Assembly: GCA_046483385.1 (NCBI GenBank)
Contig: JAWODG010000220.1
Coordinates: forward strand, 1,029 to 65,028
DNA length: 64,000 bases
Source of the DNA: Candidatus Brocadiia bacterium
Lineage (GTDB): Bacteria > Planctomycetota > Brocadiia > SM23-32
Direction of reading: 5' to 3'
Below the pieces are notes generated by a model. It did no database searches and was not told the origin of the DNA. It saw only the letters and a program-made list of their open reading frames with translations. This document shows, one piece after another, positions 55,729-64,000 of this stretch. How positions within the stretch are numbered: position 1 is the stretch's first letter; every line of letters begins with the position of its first letter. The translations under genes were made by a program, and so were the position numbers.

Positions 55729-56895
55729 TTAGCGTTCTCGCCGCGCTCCGCTTGGCTGTCGCGGCGGTTGCCGGTTGAACATCAGGCGTAGTTCACGTTC
55801 GGTGGCGCCCCCGGACCGGTGCAGCACGAAGCCGCCGGGTGATTGGTCCATCACGGCCTCAATCGTCCGGGCATAATATCTGTCCAGCAGGATCCGCCGC
55901 ACCTCGGGGGACTTCCGGTAGACGGGCAACAGTTGTTTGAGGCTCTCAGCGTCGGCCCGCACGTTGCGCACCAGCCGCTCAGCGTAGCCTCGGGCGGCGC
56001 CTTTTATCTCGGCGGCACGCGCCCTGGCGTTGTTGAGTATACGGCTGGCCTCCGTTTCGCCTTCGCGCTCCAACGTATTGCGCAGACTGTAAGCGTTCTG
56101 GGCCCTGTCAAAGGCAGCCCTCACGGCGCCGGGTTCGCTGGGATTCTTCACCTTTTCCATTTCGATGGCCTCAACGGCCACAATCTCCACTCCCAACGGA
56201 TGCCCCGCACCCTCCTGGAATCGCTCCATCCGAGCGCGCAGATCCTGTTCGATTCGGCTGAACAGATTCGTCCTGTTCAGCACCTCGGCGACGCTCATGG
56301 TCCCCACCACCTTCGAGGTCGCGCCGCGCAGCATCTGTCGCAACAACTCCACGGGGTCTTCAAGGCCGAACCGATAGGCCATGGCGCCCTCCACGTCGCT
56401 CGGCACATTGTAGCGGGTCCTCAGCCGCAGATGTACTAAATTCATGTCGCCGGTCAGAACATAGCCGTCCTGCCGGATATCCAGCGAACGGACGGCGCGC
56501 ACGGCCCCGTCCTCACCCGGTGTCCAGAAGGCTCTATCCAGGTCCAACACCTTCTCATCGGTGGAAATGATGTGGACCTTCTCCCACGGCCATCGGAAAT
56601 GCAGCCCGCTGCCGGGCAGCATCACCCATTTGCCGCGAACCCTCACCAGCTTACCGAAGCGCGTTTTGAAACGCACTTCGGAAGGCCTGACGGTGAAGAC
56701 ACCGGCCAGCAGATAACCGGCGACCAGCACGATGATGACCAGTTTCAGAAACCGGAAACTGGTCTTAAGGGCGCTGGCCAGGGCCTGACTGCCGGCGTCC
56801 TCCGGTTCCTGCTCGGGCTCAGGTTGTTCCATGGCAAGCTGTTCGGGCTGCTCCGGTCCCTCTCGCTGGTCTGCAGGGTAGTTTTCTTCGCCCAT
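55729..56895 (-). CDS. SPFH/band-7 protein, HflK-like
   Basis: TM, FTVRPSEV...RFGK, GLHFRWPWE, LTGDMNLV, V.AAFD.AQ.A, A.GYAER.V. Confidence 0.88.
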   Translation of the reverse strand: MGEENYPADQREGPEQPEQLAMEQPEPEQEPEDAGSQALASALKTSFRFLKLVIIVLVAGYLLAGVFTVRPSEVRFKTRFGKLVRVRGKWVMLPGSGLHFRWPWEKVHIISTDEKVLDLDRAFWTPGEDGAVRAVRSLDIRQDGYVLTGDMNLVHLRLRTRYNVPSDVEGAMAYRFGLEDPVELLRQMLRGATSKVVGTMSVAEVLNRTNLFSRIEQDLRARMERFQEGAGHPLGVEIVAVEAIEMEKVKNPSEPGAVRAAFDRAQNAYSLRNTLEREGETEASRILNNARARAAEIKGAARGYAERLVRNVRADAESLKQLLPVYRKSPEVRRILLDRYYARTIEAVMDQSPGGFVLHRSGGATERELRLMFNRQPPRQPSGARRER

Positions 56896-56898
56896 CGC

Positions 56899-57975
56899 TC
56901 ACTCCTTATCCGCAGAGGCAAGGTCGGGGGCGGCGGCATCTTCCAGCCGGGCCATGTCCTCGGTGAGGGCTTCCACGTCCGACGGTCCTTCGATGCCCTG
57001 CTCGAACAGGGAGAAAGGCTCGGTCTGGGTGCTGACCACGAAGGTCAGCGGCCGGCCGTTGGCCGCGGCGTCCGCCGTGATCTTGCGGATTGCGTCCAGA
57101 CGACGCAGGAAGATAGCCAGCGTCTCGTCCTCCGCGAAGGTGTCGTAATAGGTGGCCGCGCGGGCCTCCGCGTCGGCACGGATATTCTTCGCCTCCGCCT
57201 CCGCCTCAGCCATCACCCGCTCGGCCTCTTCACGGGCCTCGGCTATCTTCGTACGCTTTATCCGATCACCTTCGGCCCTCAACCGCTCGGCCTGGGTATT
57301 GCGTTCTTCCTGCATGCGGGCAAACACCGCCTGCGTGGTGCTCTCCGGCAGGGCCACCCAGGCGATGCCGAGCGAACAGACCTCAATTCCATAGGACTGT
57401 TCCCGGCTGGCCAGGCTCCGCTTGACGCCTTCGAATATCTCCTGCTCGATTTTATCAAACTTGAGTTGCTCGGGCTGGGTGTTGACGATGTCGGCCAGCA
57501 CGTGGTTGCCGAAGACGGTCGCCGTCTGGTCGCTGAGGATGGTGCGCAGCCGCCGTGCGGCCACTCTCTCGTCGCTTTGCAGCGCCCGCTCGAACCCCAC
57601 CGGGTCCACGATGCGCCACGTGACATAGATGCGGGGCAACACCTGGTTGCCGTCCGGCAGTTGGATCTGCGTGAGTGGGCCGTCCAACGTCCGCACCCAC
57701 TGGTCGGCCTCCTTCACGGTGTCGATAGGATAGGGCCACTTGAAGAACCACCCGGCCTCATTGACCACCTCCACGTCCGGCGGCAGACCTTCCGGCACGG
57801 GCATCTCCGAGGCTTCAACCGTCTTGGTGACGGGCGGGCGGATAATCTTCTTCGGCTCGTTCCACCGGTAGAGAACCGCCGTCTTGTGGACCGGCACACT
57901 GAAGGTGACCAGCTTGACCAGAAGCACCAGGCAGACTCCGGCCACCACAACAATAGTCAGTTTGCTTTCCCTCAT
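56899..57975 (-). CDS. SPFH/band-7 protein, HflC-like
   Basis: TM, GWFFKWPYPI, TWRIVDP, YGIEV, AVFARMQEER..AERLRAEG, AEAEAEAKNIR. Confidence 0.9.
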   Translation of the reverse strand: MRESKLTIVVVAGVCLVLLVKLVTFSVPVHKTAVLYRWNEPKKIIRPPVTKTVEASEMPVPEGLPPDVEVVNEAGWFFKWPYPIDTVKEADQWVRTLDGPLTQIQLPDGNQVLPRIYVTWRIVDPVGFERALQSDERVAARRLRTILSDQTATVFGNHVLADIVNTQPEQLKFDKIEQEIFEGVKRSLASREQSYGIEVCSLGIAWVALPESTTQAVFARMQEERNTQAERLRAEGDRIKRTKIAEAREEAERVMAEAEAEAKNIRADAEARAATYYDTFAEDETLAIFLRRLDAIRKITADAAANGRPLTFVVSTQTEPFSLFEQGIEGPSDVEALTEDMARLEDAAAPDLASADKE

Positions 57976-57979
57976 CTAG

Positions 57980-60001
57980 TTATTCCTCCGCCGTATCGAG
58001 TTCCAACAGTTGCGGCCTGAGCCGCTCCTGCAGGTCGATGATGTTGACTTCATGTTCACTGACCGGCACAACGTAAACGGACTGTTGGCTCAACGCTGCC
58101 TCTATGCTGTCGAAGTAGCTGCGGAACAGATACACTCTTTCGGATTTCCTGTATGCTTCCAGCCGTTTTGTGAACTGGGCCTGTTCGGCTACGGCGTTCT
58201 GCACCAGGCGCGTGGCGTAGCCTCGGGCAGTGTGAACGGCCTCCCTGGCGCTCGCCAGGGCATCCTCCACCAACCTGGATTCCTCCACGTCGCCTTGCAG
58301 CACCAGGCTCTCGTGCTGCTGCAACGCCGTCACGACACCTTCGTAGGCGCCGGCCGTTTTCGCCGGGGGATGCACAGACGGTATGCCGGCGTAGACCACC
58401 TCCACTCCAAGGCCCGCTTCGTCGGCCGCCTCCTGCACCAGGCGCTGGAAAACCTCCACCGTGTGCCCCCTGTCCTGGGCAATCCAGCGCAGGAAGTCCT
58501 GCGAAGCCGCTATTCGGCATAGTGCCCTGTAGCTCAGCTTCTGCAGATGGTCCTCCAGTTGGCGTTGCCGATAGCAGTAGGTAAACGCCGCATCCTCATC
58601 CACCGTCCCGTCTTCTTTTCTGTTCAACCGGAAGTGCAGCATTCCTTTCAGGCGGGCCAGATTCACCTCCGGCGCCCGGGCCGCCACCGGCTCGCCAACC
58701 GGAGCGTCAGCTTCCTCGGCGGGCTCCACCGCTCCTGGCGCCTCGCCCTCCTCCAGTTCAGAACTCGGCACCACGAAGCTGATCTCGTATCCCTCGTCCG
58801 GGTCGATATGTCGCTCCCGCCAGAGAATGAACTCATCGTCCGAGCTTGTCGCCACGCGGGGATCGACCTCCCACGGCCTGCGTTCCTGCGCCTCCCTCAC
58901 TTTGCCCAGTTCCAGGCTCTGCACCGCGTAAGCGGGCACTGTCCGCGCCACGGAGATGGGCCAGGGCCACTTCAGATGGTAGCCCGGCTGGAACACGCTG
59001 GCCTTCAGTCCCCTCTGTGCGTCCGCCGGGCGCACAATTGGCTTGCCCAGCCTCTCAATGAAGGCCGCCTCGCTGGGATCCACCACCACCACGGCGCTCA
59101 GCAGCCAGAGGGAGAAAAGTTGAATAAGCAACAACGGGACAATGGCCCTTTCCATAAAGTGGTAGAACCACGTCTCCGACACCTTGAAGCCGAACTGGTA
59201 GTCCAGCGTGCTGGCCACTGTCTTGAGCACGCCGCCCGGCTCGGCGAACATCCCCAGCAGACGGCTGTCGTACGGCGGGCGCCTCTCCTGACCCGGCACC
59301 CGAGGGCGATAGATGTCCAGAATCAGGTTCAGAACAAGTTCGATTCCCACCAGCCCCATCATGGCCGGGATGACCCAGGCCACAATGGCGTGGCCCCACG
59401 TCATCCCGAAGTGGTAGAGCCCCATGGCGACGGCTATCAGCACGCAGGCGATCACGTTGCCCAGCAGATACCCTCCCGAGGCCCTCAGCAGGGCGAACTC
59501 CCGGCTCTCTGCCAGGCCCGCGGCGTATTTGCCTATCAGGAAGCCGACAAAACCTATCATCACCATGCCGACCGCCACGGTCAGCGGCTGCTGAACGGTC
59601 AACGCTTCCACGCCCAGCATGCTCATCGTCATCCGGTAGGTGAAAAACAGCAGCGAGCCGCTAAGCAGTATGGTGATGACGGGGACGAAGTACTTCTCCA
59701 GCACGAGCAGGCTGCTGCTGGCCCGCATCGTGTCCAGCTCGGTCTCCTCGAAGATCTCCTCGCTAAGGCGGGTCTGCTTCAGCCGTTCCAGCTCTTCCCG
59801 TTCCTCCCGGGCCAGCCGGCGCTGCCGGCCATGCACCCACACGACGGCCCACACAAGGACGCCCGGCATCAAGTGCCACATCTCCGCGGTGACCGCCGCG
59901 CTCCGACTCTGCGTGCTCAGAATCCAGCACACCAACAGGAAGACGCCCTGCAGCATCAGGCCGAGCAGGGCTGTATATTCGAGTTTTTTGGGGCTAGCCA
60001 T
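57980..60001 (-). CDS. SPFH/band-7 protein (HflK-like) with multi-pass N-terminal membrane domain
   Basis: About 7 TMs, then AFIERLGKP, PGYHLKWPWPI, LGVEVV....VHPP..A.AYE.VV.A. Confidence 0.85.
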   Translation of the reverse strand: MASPKKLEYTALLGLMLQGVFLLVCWILSTQSRSAAVTAEMWHLMPGVLVWAVVWVHGRQRRLAREEREELERLKQTRLSEEIFEETELDTMRASSSLLVLEKYFVPVITILLSGSLLFFTYRMTMSMLGVEALTVQQPLTVAVGMVMIGFVGFLIGKYAAGLAESREFALLRASGGYLLGNVIACVLIAVAMGLYHFGMTWGHAIVAWVIPAMMGLVGIELVLNLILDIYRPRVPGQERRPPYDSRLLGMFAEPGGVLKTVASTLDYQFGFKVSETWFYHFMERAIVPLLLIQLFSLWLLSAVVVVDPSEAAFIERLGKPIVRPADAQRGLKASVFQPGYHLKWPWPISVARTVPAYAVQSLELGKVREAQERRPWEVDPRVATSSDDEFILWRERHIDPDEGYEISFVVPSSELEEGEAPGAVEPAEEADAPVGEPVAARAPEVNLARLKGMLHFRLNRKEDGTVDEDAAFTYCYRQRQLEDHLQKLSYRALCRIAASQDFLRWIAQDRGHTVEVFQRLVQEAADEAGLGVEVVYAGIPSVHPPAKTAGAYEGVVTALQQHESLVLQGDVEESRLVEDALASAREAVHTARGYATRLVQNAVAEQAQFTKRLEAYRKSERVYLFRSYFDSIEAALSQQSVYVVPVSEHEVNIIDLQERLRPQLLELDTAEE

Positions 60002-60069
60002 TTGCCAGGTTTTCCTCCGTTGTTACACAATTTTGCTACGTTCGAGGCTCACGGGATCGCTCACCATGG

Positions 60070-61095
60070 TCAGATGACCTCGCGCCGCTCGAACAGGCAG
60101 GCCGCAAGCGCCACCATGGTGGCGCAGTAACCCAGGGCGTACAACGCCGTCATCCCCACGTACGGCCAGGGGATGTATGGCACCTCGTGCATCAACTTGT
60201 CGCCCACCCAGAATACATAGAAATTCGGCACGATTCTGAGGGCCACCCAGGCCGCCGCCGACCGCGCCGCAAATTGCCCGAAGAGAAACTGCGACGTCAT
60301 TCCCACGAAAAAAACCATCAGGCAGATGATCACATTCAGCACGACGTTCAGCCGAGTGGAGATGGCCAGCGCCACCGACGTCATCACCCACACTCCGAAC
60401 CAGACCAGCACCGCCGCTATGGCCACCTGTCCCATGTTCCGCTCGGCCATCACTTCCGGGAAAAGGTTGAACTCCCACTGCGGCCCAACGAGCATCAGGA
60501 CAACCAGAGCCACCACGTACAGGGGAAGCGCCGTCAGCAGCGCCGTAGAAGGAAAGCTTGAGCGGTAGAAATAGTTGGCGTACATCCCCACCGCCACCCC
60601 GATAAGCGCAGGCCCCACCTGCAGCAAGAAGGCCGGCCAATCCATCGTGAAGCTCGCCGCGCTCGGCACCCCTATGCGGAGCGTGGTCATCAGCACAGCG
60701 CTCAGAAGGAAAAGACCCACACCCATGGCCATGGTGACGCCCAGGAATTTTGCCATCACGAAAACCAGCCGCCCCACCGGCTTGCTCAGGATGGCGCCGA
60801 CGGTCTGGGTCTCTATTTCACGGCTGATGGTCTGGGTCACGCTCAATACGGCCAGCACGACGCCGAACAGCAGGATGGTGGCCAACCCCATGTCCACCAT
60901 GAGCTTCTCGTCCTCGACCATGCTGAACATGGTGATGGCGGGGGAAAGGCCGATCAGCACCATCCCCATGACCACAAGGAGGGCGTAGACCGGTTGCCTG
61001 ATTATCTCGATGAACGAGTTCTTGGCGATGGTCCAGAGGCCGGACAGCAAGATTCTTCCTTTCTGGCGCGCGAACTGCGGGAGGGCACACTCCAC
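60070..61095 (-). CDS. ABC transporter permease (ABC-2 type)
   Basis: IAKNSFIEIIRQP, ISREIETQTVGAILSKPVGR..FVMAKFLG, C-terminal LFERREV. Confidence 0.88.
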   Translation of the reverse strand: MECALPQFARQKGRILLSGLWTIAKNSFIEIIRQPVYALLVVMGMVLIGLSPAITMFSMVEDEKLMVDMGLATILLFGVVLAVLSVTQTISREIETQTVGAILSKPVGRLVFVMAKFLGVTMAMGVGLFLLSAVLMTTLRIGVPSAASFTMDWPAFLLQVGPALIGVAVGMYANYFYRSSFPSTALLTALPLYVVALVVLMLVGPQWEFNLFPEVMAERNMGQVAIAAVLVWFGVWVMTSVALAISTRLNVVLNVIICLMVFFVGMTSQFLFGQFAARSAAAWVALRIVPNFYVFWVGDKLMHEVPYIPWPYVGMTALYALGYCATMVALAACLFERREVI

Positions 61096-61162
61096 GCTGG
61101 ATTCGCCGGGTTAGTGCAGAGCGCCCGGAAAAGGTTCAACGGTTTTCTCAGGAACGCGTCGG

Positions 61163-62521
61163 TCAGCGCTGGAGCATGTCCAGCACTTCGTCGGGGGCGA
61201 CCTCGGCCCCACGGCGCCGCAGCCGATCGCACACATTCTCGGCCGGATAGGGAGCGGCGCCGATCCGCCGGAAAAACTCATTGCGGGCCCGCGCGTCATC
61301 TCCAAACCAGTTCTCGGCCCACTCGCCCGTGTAGCCGACCCCGGCCGTGGTCTTAAGCAGCGTATGGCCCCACGCGACGTGGGCACCGTCCAGGAAGGTC
61401 TGCCGGTATGGTTCGAGTGCGGGCGCCGAGAAAGTGTCCACGAACTTCTGGCCGTACTTGTTCATCTCGGTCCCCACCAGCACGGGCATGTCCAGCGCGC
61501 CGGCCGCATCGAGCGCCGCGTGCAGGTTCCGCACTTTGACGGCCTTCTCCTCCGGATCATCGAGGTTCCAGTTGCGGTCGGGGATGATGGTTATGGTGGG
61601 AATCCCCTTGTCGCGCAGGAACCCGAAGTGCTCCATCGGGTCGGCCTCTCCGGCCCGGGTGCCGTCCAGCCAACAGCCGCTGGGAATGCTCCCGCAGTCA
61701 AGCGTCATACGCACGACGTCGTCCAGCAAGGGGAAACTGCCCTCTTCGGGCGGCGCGTAGCCCACACCACCGTGCTTCATCAGGCGCGCGCGGATCAGCT
61801 TCTTCAGTTCCACCACGTCACCGATCAGCTCGCGTACGCTATCCTCCGGCTCCTCCAGCTTCTCGGACCAGAAGGCCACCAGCTCGTCTTCATCAGGATA
61901 GACCTCCCGGGCCTTCAGGTCGTAGGCGACCAGCATGTGGCGCTCGGTGGCGTTGCCCGCGGGCGTCAGGGGTAGCACGTCCTGGTCGTAGTCAATGCGG
62001 ACGGTGTCAAGGTACTCGTTAATGCGCTGCGTCTTGCCTCGGTTCCGCCGCTGGGCGCATTCGGACATCGAATCGAGCGTGGCCGCCGCCTCCGTCCCCG
62101 GCTCCGGCAGACCGGTGAAACCCGTGCCGCTCAGGTAGAAAACGCCCGGTTCGTGGGGGGAGTTGATCTCCTTGTCCGCATATTCGGGGATGAACACGCG
62201 GCTCTCGAACCCTCCGGAGGCCTTCAGATTCACCGTCCGGGCCGCCCGGAGGAACTCCTCCACCCCGTCAAGAACGTCGAAATCAACGACGGCCGCCGCC
62301 TCCAGCCCGTAGCGGTGGGCCTCCCACGCCAGACGGCTCGGGGAGTAGCCGTAAGCGTTGTAGGAGAAGAAGGTGTGACAGTGCATGTTGACCTCGGGGC
62401 GCCGCTCCGGATGCTGGTCGGGAGGGGCCGCCTGCACCAGCCGCCCAAGCGCCCGGCGGCGCTCCTCGGCGTCGAAACTGTCCAGACTCTCCACCAGTTC
62501 TTCGTCGATGTCATCGGCCAT
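61163..62521 (-). CDS. PHP-domain-like protein with atypical motifs
   Basis: VNMHCHTFFSY, AAVVDFDVLDG, GFESRV, GNATERH, GTEMN; N-terminal HEAT-like helix. Confidence 0.7.
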   Translation of the reverse strand: MADDIDEELVESLDSFDAEERRRALGRLVQAAPPDQHPERRPEVNMHCHTFFSYNAYGYSPSRLAWEAHRYGLEAAAVVDFDVLDGVEEFLRAARTVNLKASGGFESRVFIPEYADKEINSPHEPGVFYLSGTGFTGLPEPGTEAAATLDSMSECAQRRNRGKTQRINEYLDTVRIDYDQDVLPLTPAGNATERHMLVAYDLKAREVYPDEDELVAFWSEKLEEPEDSVRELIGDVVELKKLIRARLMKHGGVGYAPPEEGSFPLLDDVVRMTLDCGSIPSGCWLDGTRAGEADPMEHFGFLRDKGIPTITIIPDRNWNLDDPEEKAVKVRNLHAALDAAGALDMPVLVGTEMNKYGQKFVDTFSAPALEPYRQTFLDGAHVAWGHTLLKTTAGVGYTGEWAENWFGDDARARNEFFRRIGAAPYPAENVCDRLRRRGAEVAPDEVLDMLQR

Positions 62522-62677
62522 GGGGACACCACCAGCGCAGGGAAGCAAGGAGGAAGCAGAAAGGCGACTCTATTGCAGGGCCCGCCCCGAATCAAGTGAA
62601 ACGCCCGCGTTGCGACCCGCCCCTTCCCGCACTCCTCCCTGCGTGCGCGCCACCGGCTCCGGCGGGACTGCCACTTG

Positions 62678-62707
62678 TTGACACGCGCCGTCTGGTTGCC
62701 CTATATT
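62678..62707 (+). promoter_or_regulatory. sigma70-type promoter of ldh
   Basis: TTGACA, 18-bp spacer, TATATT. Confidence 0.55.
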
Positions 62708-62729
62708 CAAAGCGAGGGGAGAAACCACC

Positions 62730-63686
62730 ATGGCGGTTAACACCGACACAGGACCGAAGGTCGTCATAATCGGCGCCGGCGCCGTGGGTTCCACCTTCGC
62801 CTATACCCTTACGAACAGCGGCCTGGCCGAGGAGATCATCCTCGTCGACAAGGATGTCGAGAAGGCGGAAGGCGAGGTAATGGACCTGAACCACGGGCTG
62901 TTCTTCGCCCCGCCGGTGCGTATCGCCGCCGGGGACTACGCCGACTGCCGGGACGCCGACCTTATCGTCATCACCGCGGGCGCCGCCCAGAAGCCCGGAG
63001 AGAGCCGCCTGGACCTCACGGGGCGCAACATCCGCATCTGCCGCTCCATCATGGACGACATCCTCGAGCAGACCCGCGATGCGGTCATCTGCATGGTCAC
63101 AAACCCCGTCGATATATTGACTTACGATTCCATTCAGCACTCCGGGCTTCCCCCACGGCAGGTGTTCGGCTCGGGCACCGTGCTGGACAGCGCCCGGTTT
63201 CGCTTCCTGCTGAGCCAGCACTGCGGAGTGGACCCGCGCAACGTCCACGCCTACATCCTGGGCGAGCACGGCGACAGCGAGATGGCGCCCTGGAGCATGG
63301 CCCACATGGCCGGGGTGCAGATCGACCGGTTCTGCGAGCAGTGCGGACGCTGCGACTACGAGGAGCACCGCCCCCAGATCGTCGAGCAGGTGCGGGAGTC
63401 CGCCTATCACGTCATCGAGGCCAAAGGCGCCACCCAGTACGGCATCAGCCAGGCCCTGCTCCGCATCTGCGGGGCCGTCCTGCGGGATGAACATAGCGTG
63501 CTGACCGTCTCTTCACTCATCGAGGACTACGTGGGCATCAGCGACATCTGCCTGAGCATCCCCTGCATCGTCAGCCGCAACGGTATCGAACGGCAGTTGA
63601 AGGCCGACCTGGCCGAGAACGAGGTCGAGGAGTTGCGCGCCAGCGCCCGTGCGCTGAAGGACGTCCTGGAGTCCGTGCCGGCCTGA
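62730..63686 (+). CDS. ldh: L-lactate dehydrogenase
   Basis: IIGAGAVG, TAGAAQKPGESRLDL (Gln specificity residue), NPVDI, GTVLDSARFR, LGEHGDS, KGATQYGI. Confidence 0.95.
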   Translation: MAVNTDTGPKVVIIGAGAVGSTFAYTLTNSGLAEEIILVDKDVEKAEGEVMDLNHGLFFAPPVRIAAGDYADCRDADLIVITAGAAQKPGESRLDLTGRNIRICRSIMDDILEQTRDAVICMVTNPVDILTYDSIQHSGLPPRQVFGSGTVLDSARFRFLLSQHCGVDPRNVHAYILGEHGDSEMAPWSMAHMAGVQIDRFCEQCGRCDYEEHRPQIVEQVRESAYHVIEAKGATQYGISQALLRICGAVLRDEHSVLTVSSLIEDYVGISDICLSIPCIVSRNGIERQLKADLAENEVEELRASARALKDVLESVPA

Positions 63687-63707
63687 CCACCCCCGGGAAA
63701 GACCGCC

Positions 63708-64000
63708 ATGCTTGAGTCACTTGTTGAACTGCTGGAAAACGCCGGGAGCCCCCGCGTCTGCGTCGTCGGCGACGTTATGCTGGACACCTACGTCTGGGGC
63801 GGCGTCTCCCGCATATCGCCCGAGGGCCCTATTCCGGTCGTGCACGCGGACAAGACCGAACACCGGCCGGGAGGCGCCGGAAGCGTGGCCGCCATGCTCA
63901 GCGGACTGGGCGCGGAAGTGACGCTGGTCGGAGTAGTGGGCCGGGACGACGCCGCCGAGGCCCTGCGGCGGGAACTGGAGGAGCGCGGCATATCGGCAGA
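63708..64000 (+). CDS. hldE: ADP-heptose synthase HldE/RfaE kinase domain, partial
   Basis: Manual translation MLESLVELLENAGSPRVCVVGDVMLDTYVWGGVSRISPEGPIPVV...PGGAGSVA..LSGLGA; runs off the window. Confidence 0.88.
   Translation, partial: MLESLVELLENAGSPRVCVVGDVMLDTYVWGGVSRISPEGPIPVVHADKTEHRPGGAGSVAAMLSGLGAEVTLVGVVGRDDAAEALRRELEERGISA

Noticed and set aside
48403-64000. SPFH block as a recent insertion splitting gmhB from hldE
   Set aside because: No flanking repeats, mobility genes or obvious compositional shift; ldh also intervenes

Overview
High-GC (roughly 65-70% by eye) bacterial chromosomal segment. The gene content (sulfatases, DUF4159/prenyltransferase-repeat protein, kinase-FGE fusion, superoxide reductase, URO-D-like protein) suggests an anaerobic Planctomycetota/PVC organism (inference). 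From left to right: (1) a glycan/sulfate catabolic region (GH20, TIM-barrel isomerase, GH30-ankyrin fusion, GH5-like enzyme, two sulfatases, URO-D family) with tRNA-Ile2(CAU); (2) an orphan NarL-type regulator followed by three GGGGA..TCCCC palindromes, a ~160-nt rod-shaped candidate RNA and a redox cluster (CMD, Zn-ribbon, rhodanese, atypical Tpx, SOR); (3) PilC/GspF, aldo-keto reductase, DUF4159, LysM and ferredoxin genes; (4) a minus-strand YhaO-YhaN-archease-RtcB-Ser/Thr kinase block; (5) housekeeping ribH, a NusB-PHP(RNase AM/YciV-like) fusion, ftsY, argD, argF, ilvD and gmhB; (6) a 13.5-kb minus-strand operon with three SPFH (HflK/C-like) proteins, a P1B ATPase, an ABC exporter and a conserved unknown protein, with no FtsH; (7) ldh and partial hldE. 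No CRISPR array, integrase or transposase was seen. A tripartite hairpin repeat with compensatory base changes occurs twice. The best candidates for novelty are the NusB-PHP fusion, the SPFH/P-type ATPase/ABC operon and the structured RNA upstream of the redox cluster. All calls come from motif recognition by eye; no database searches were run.
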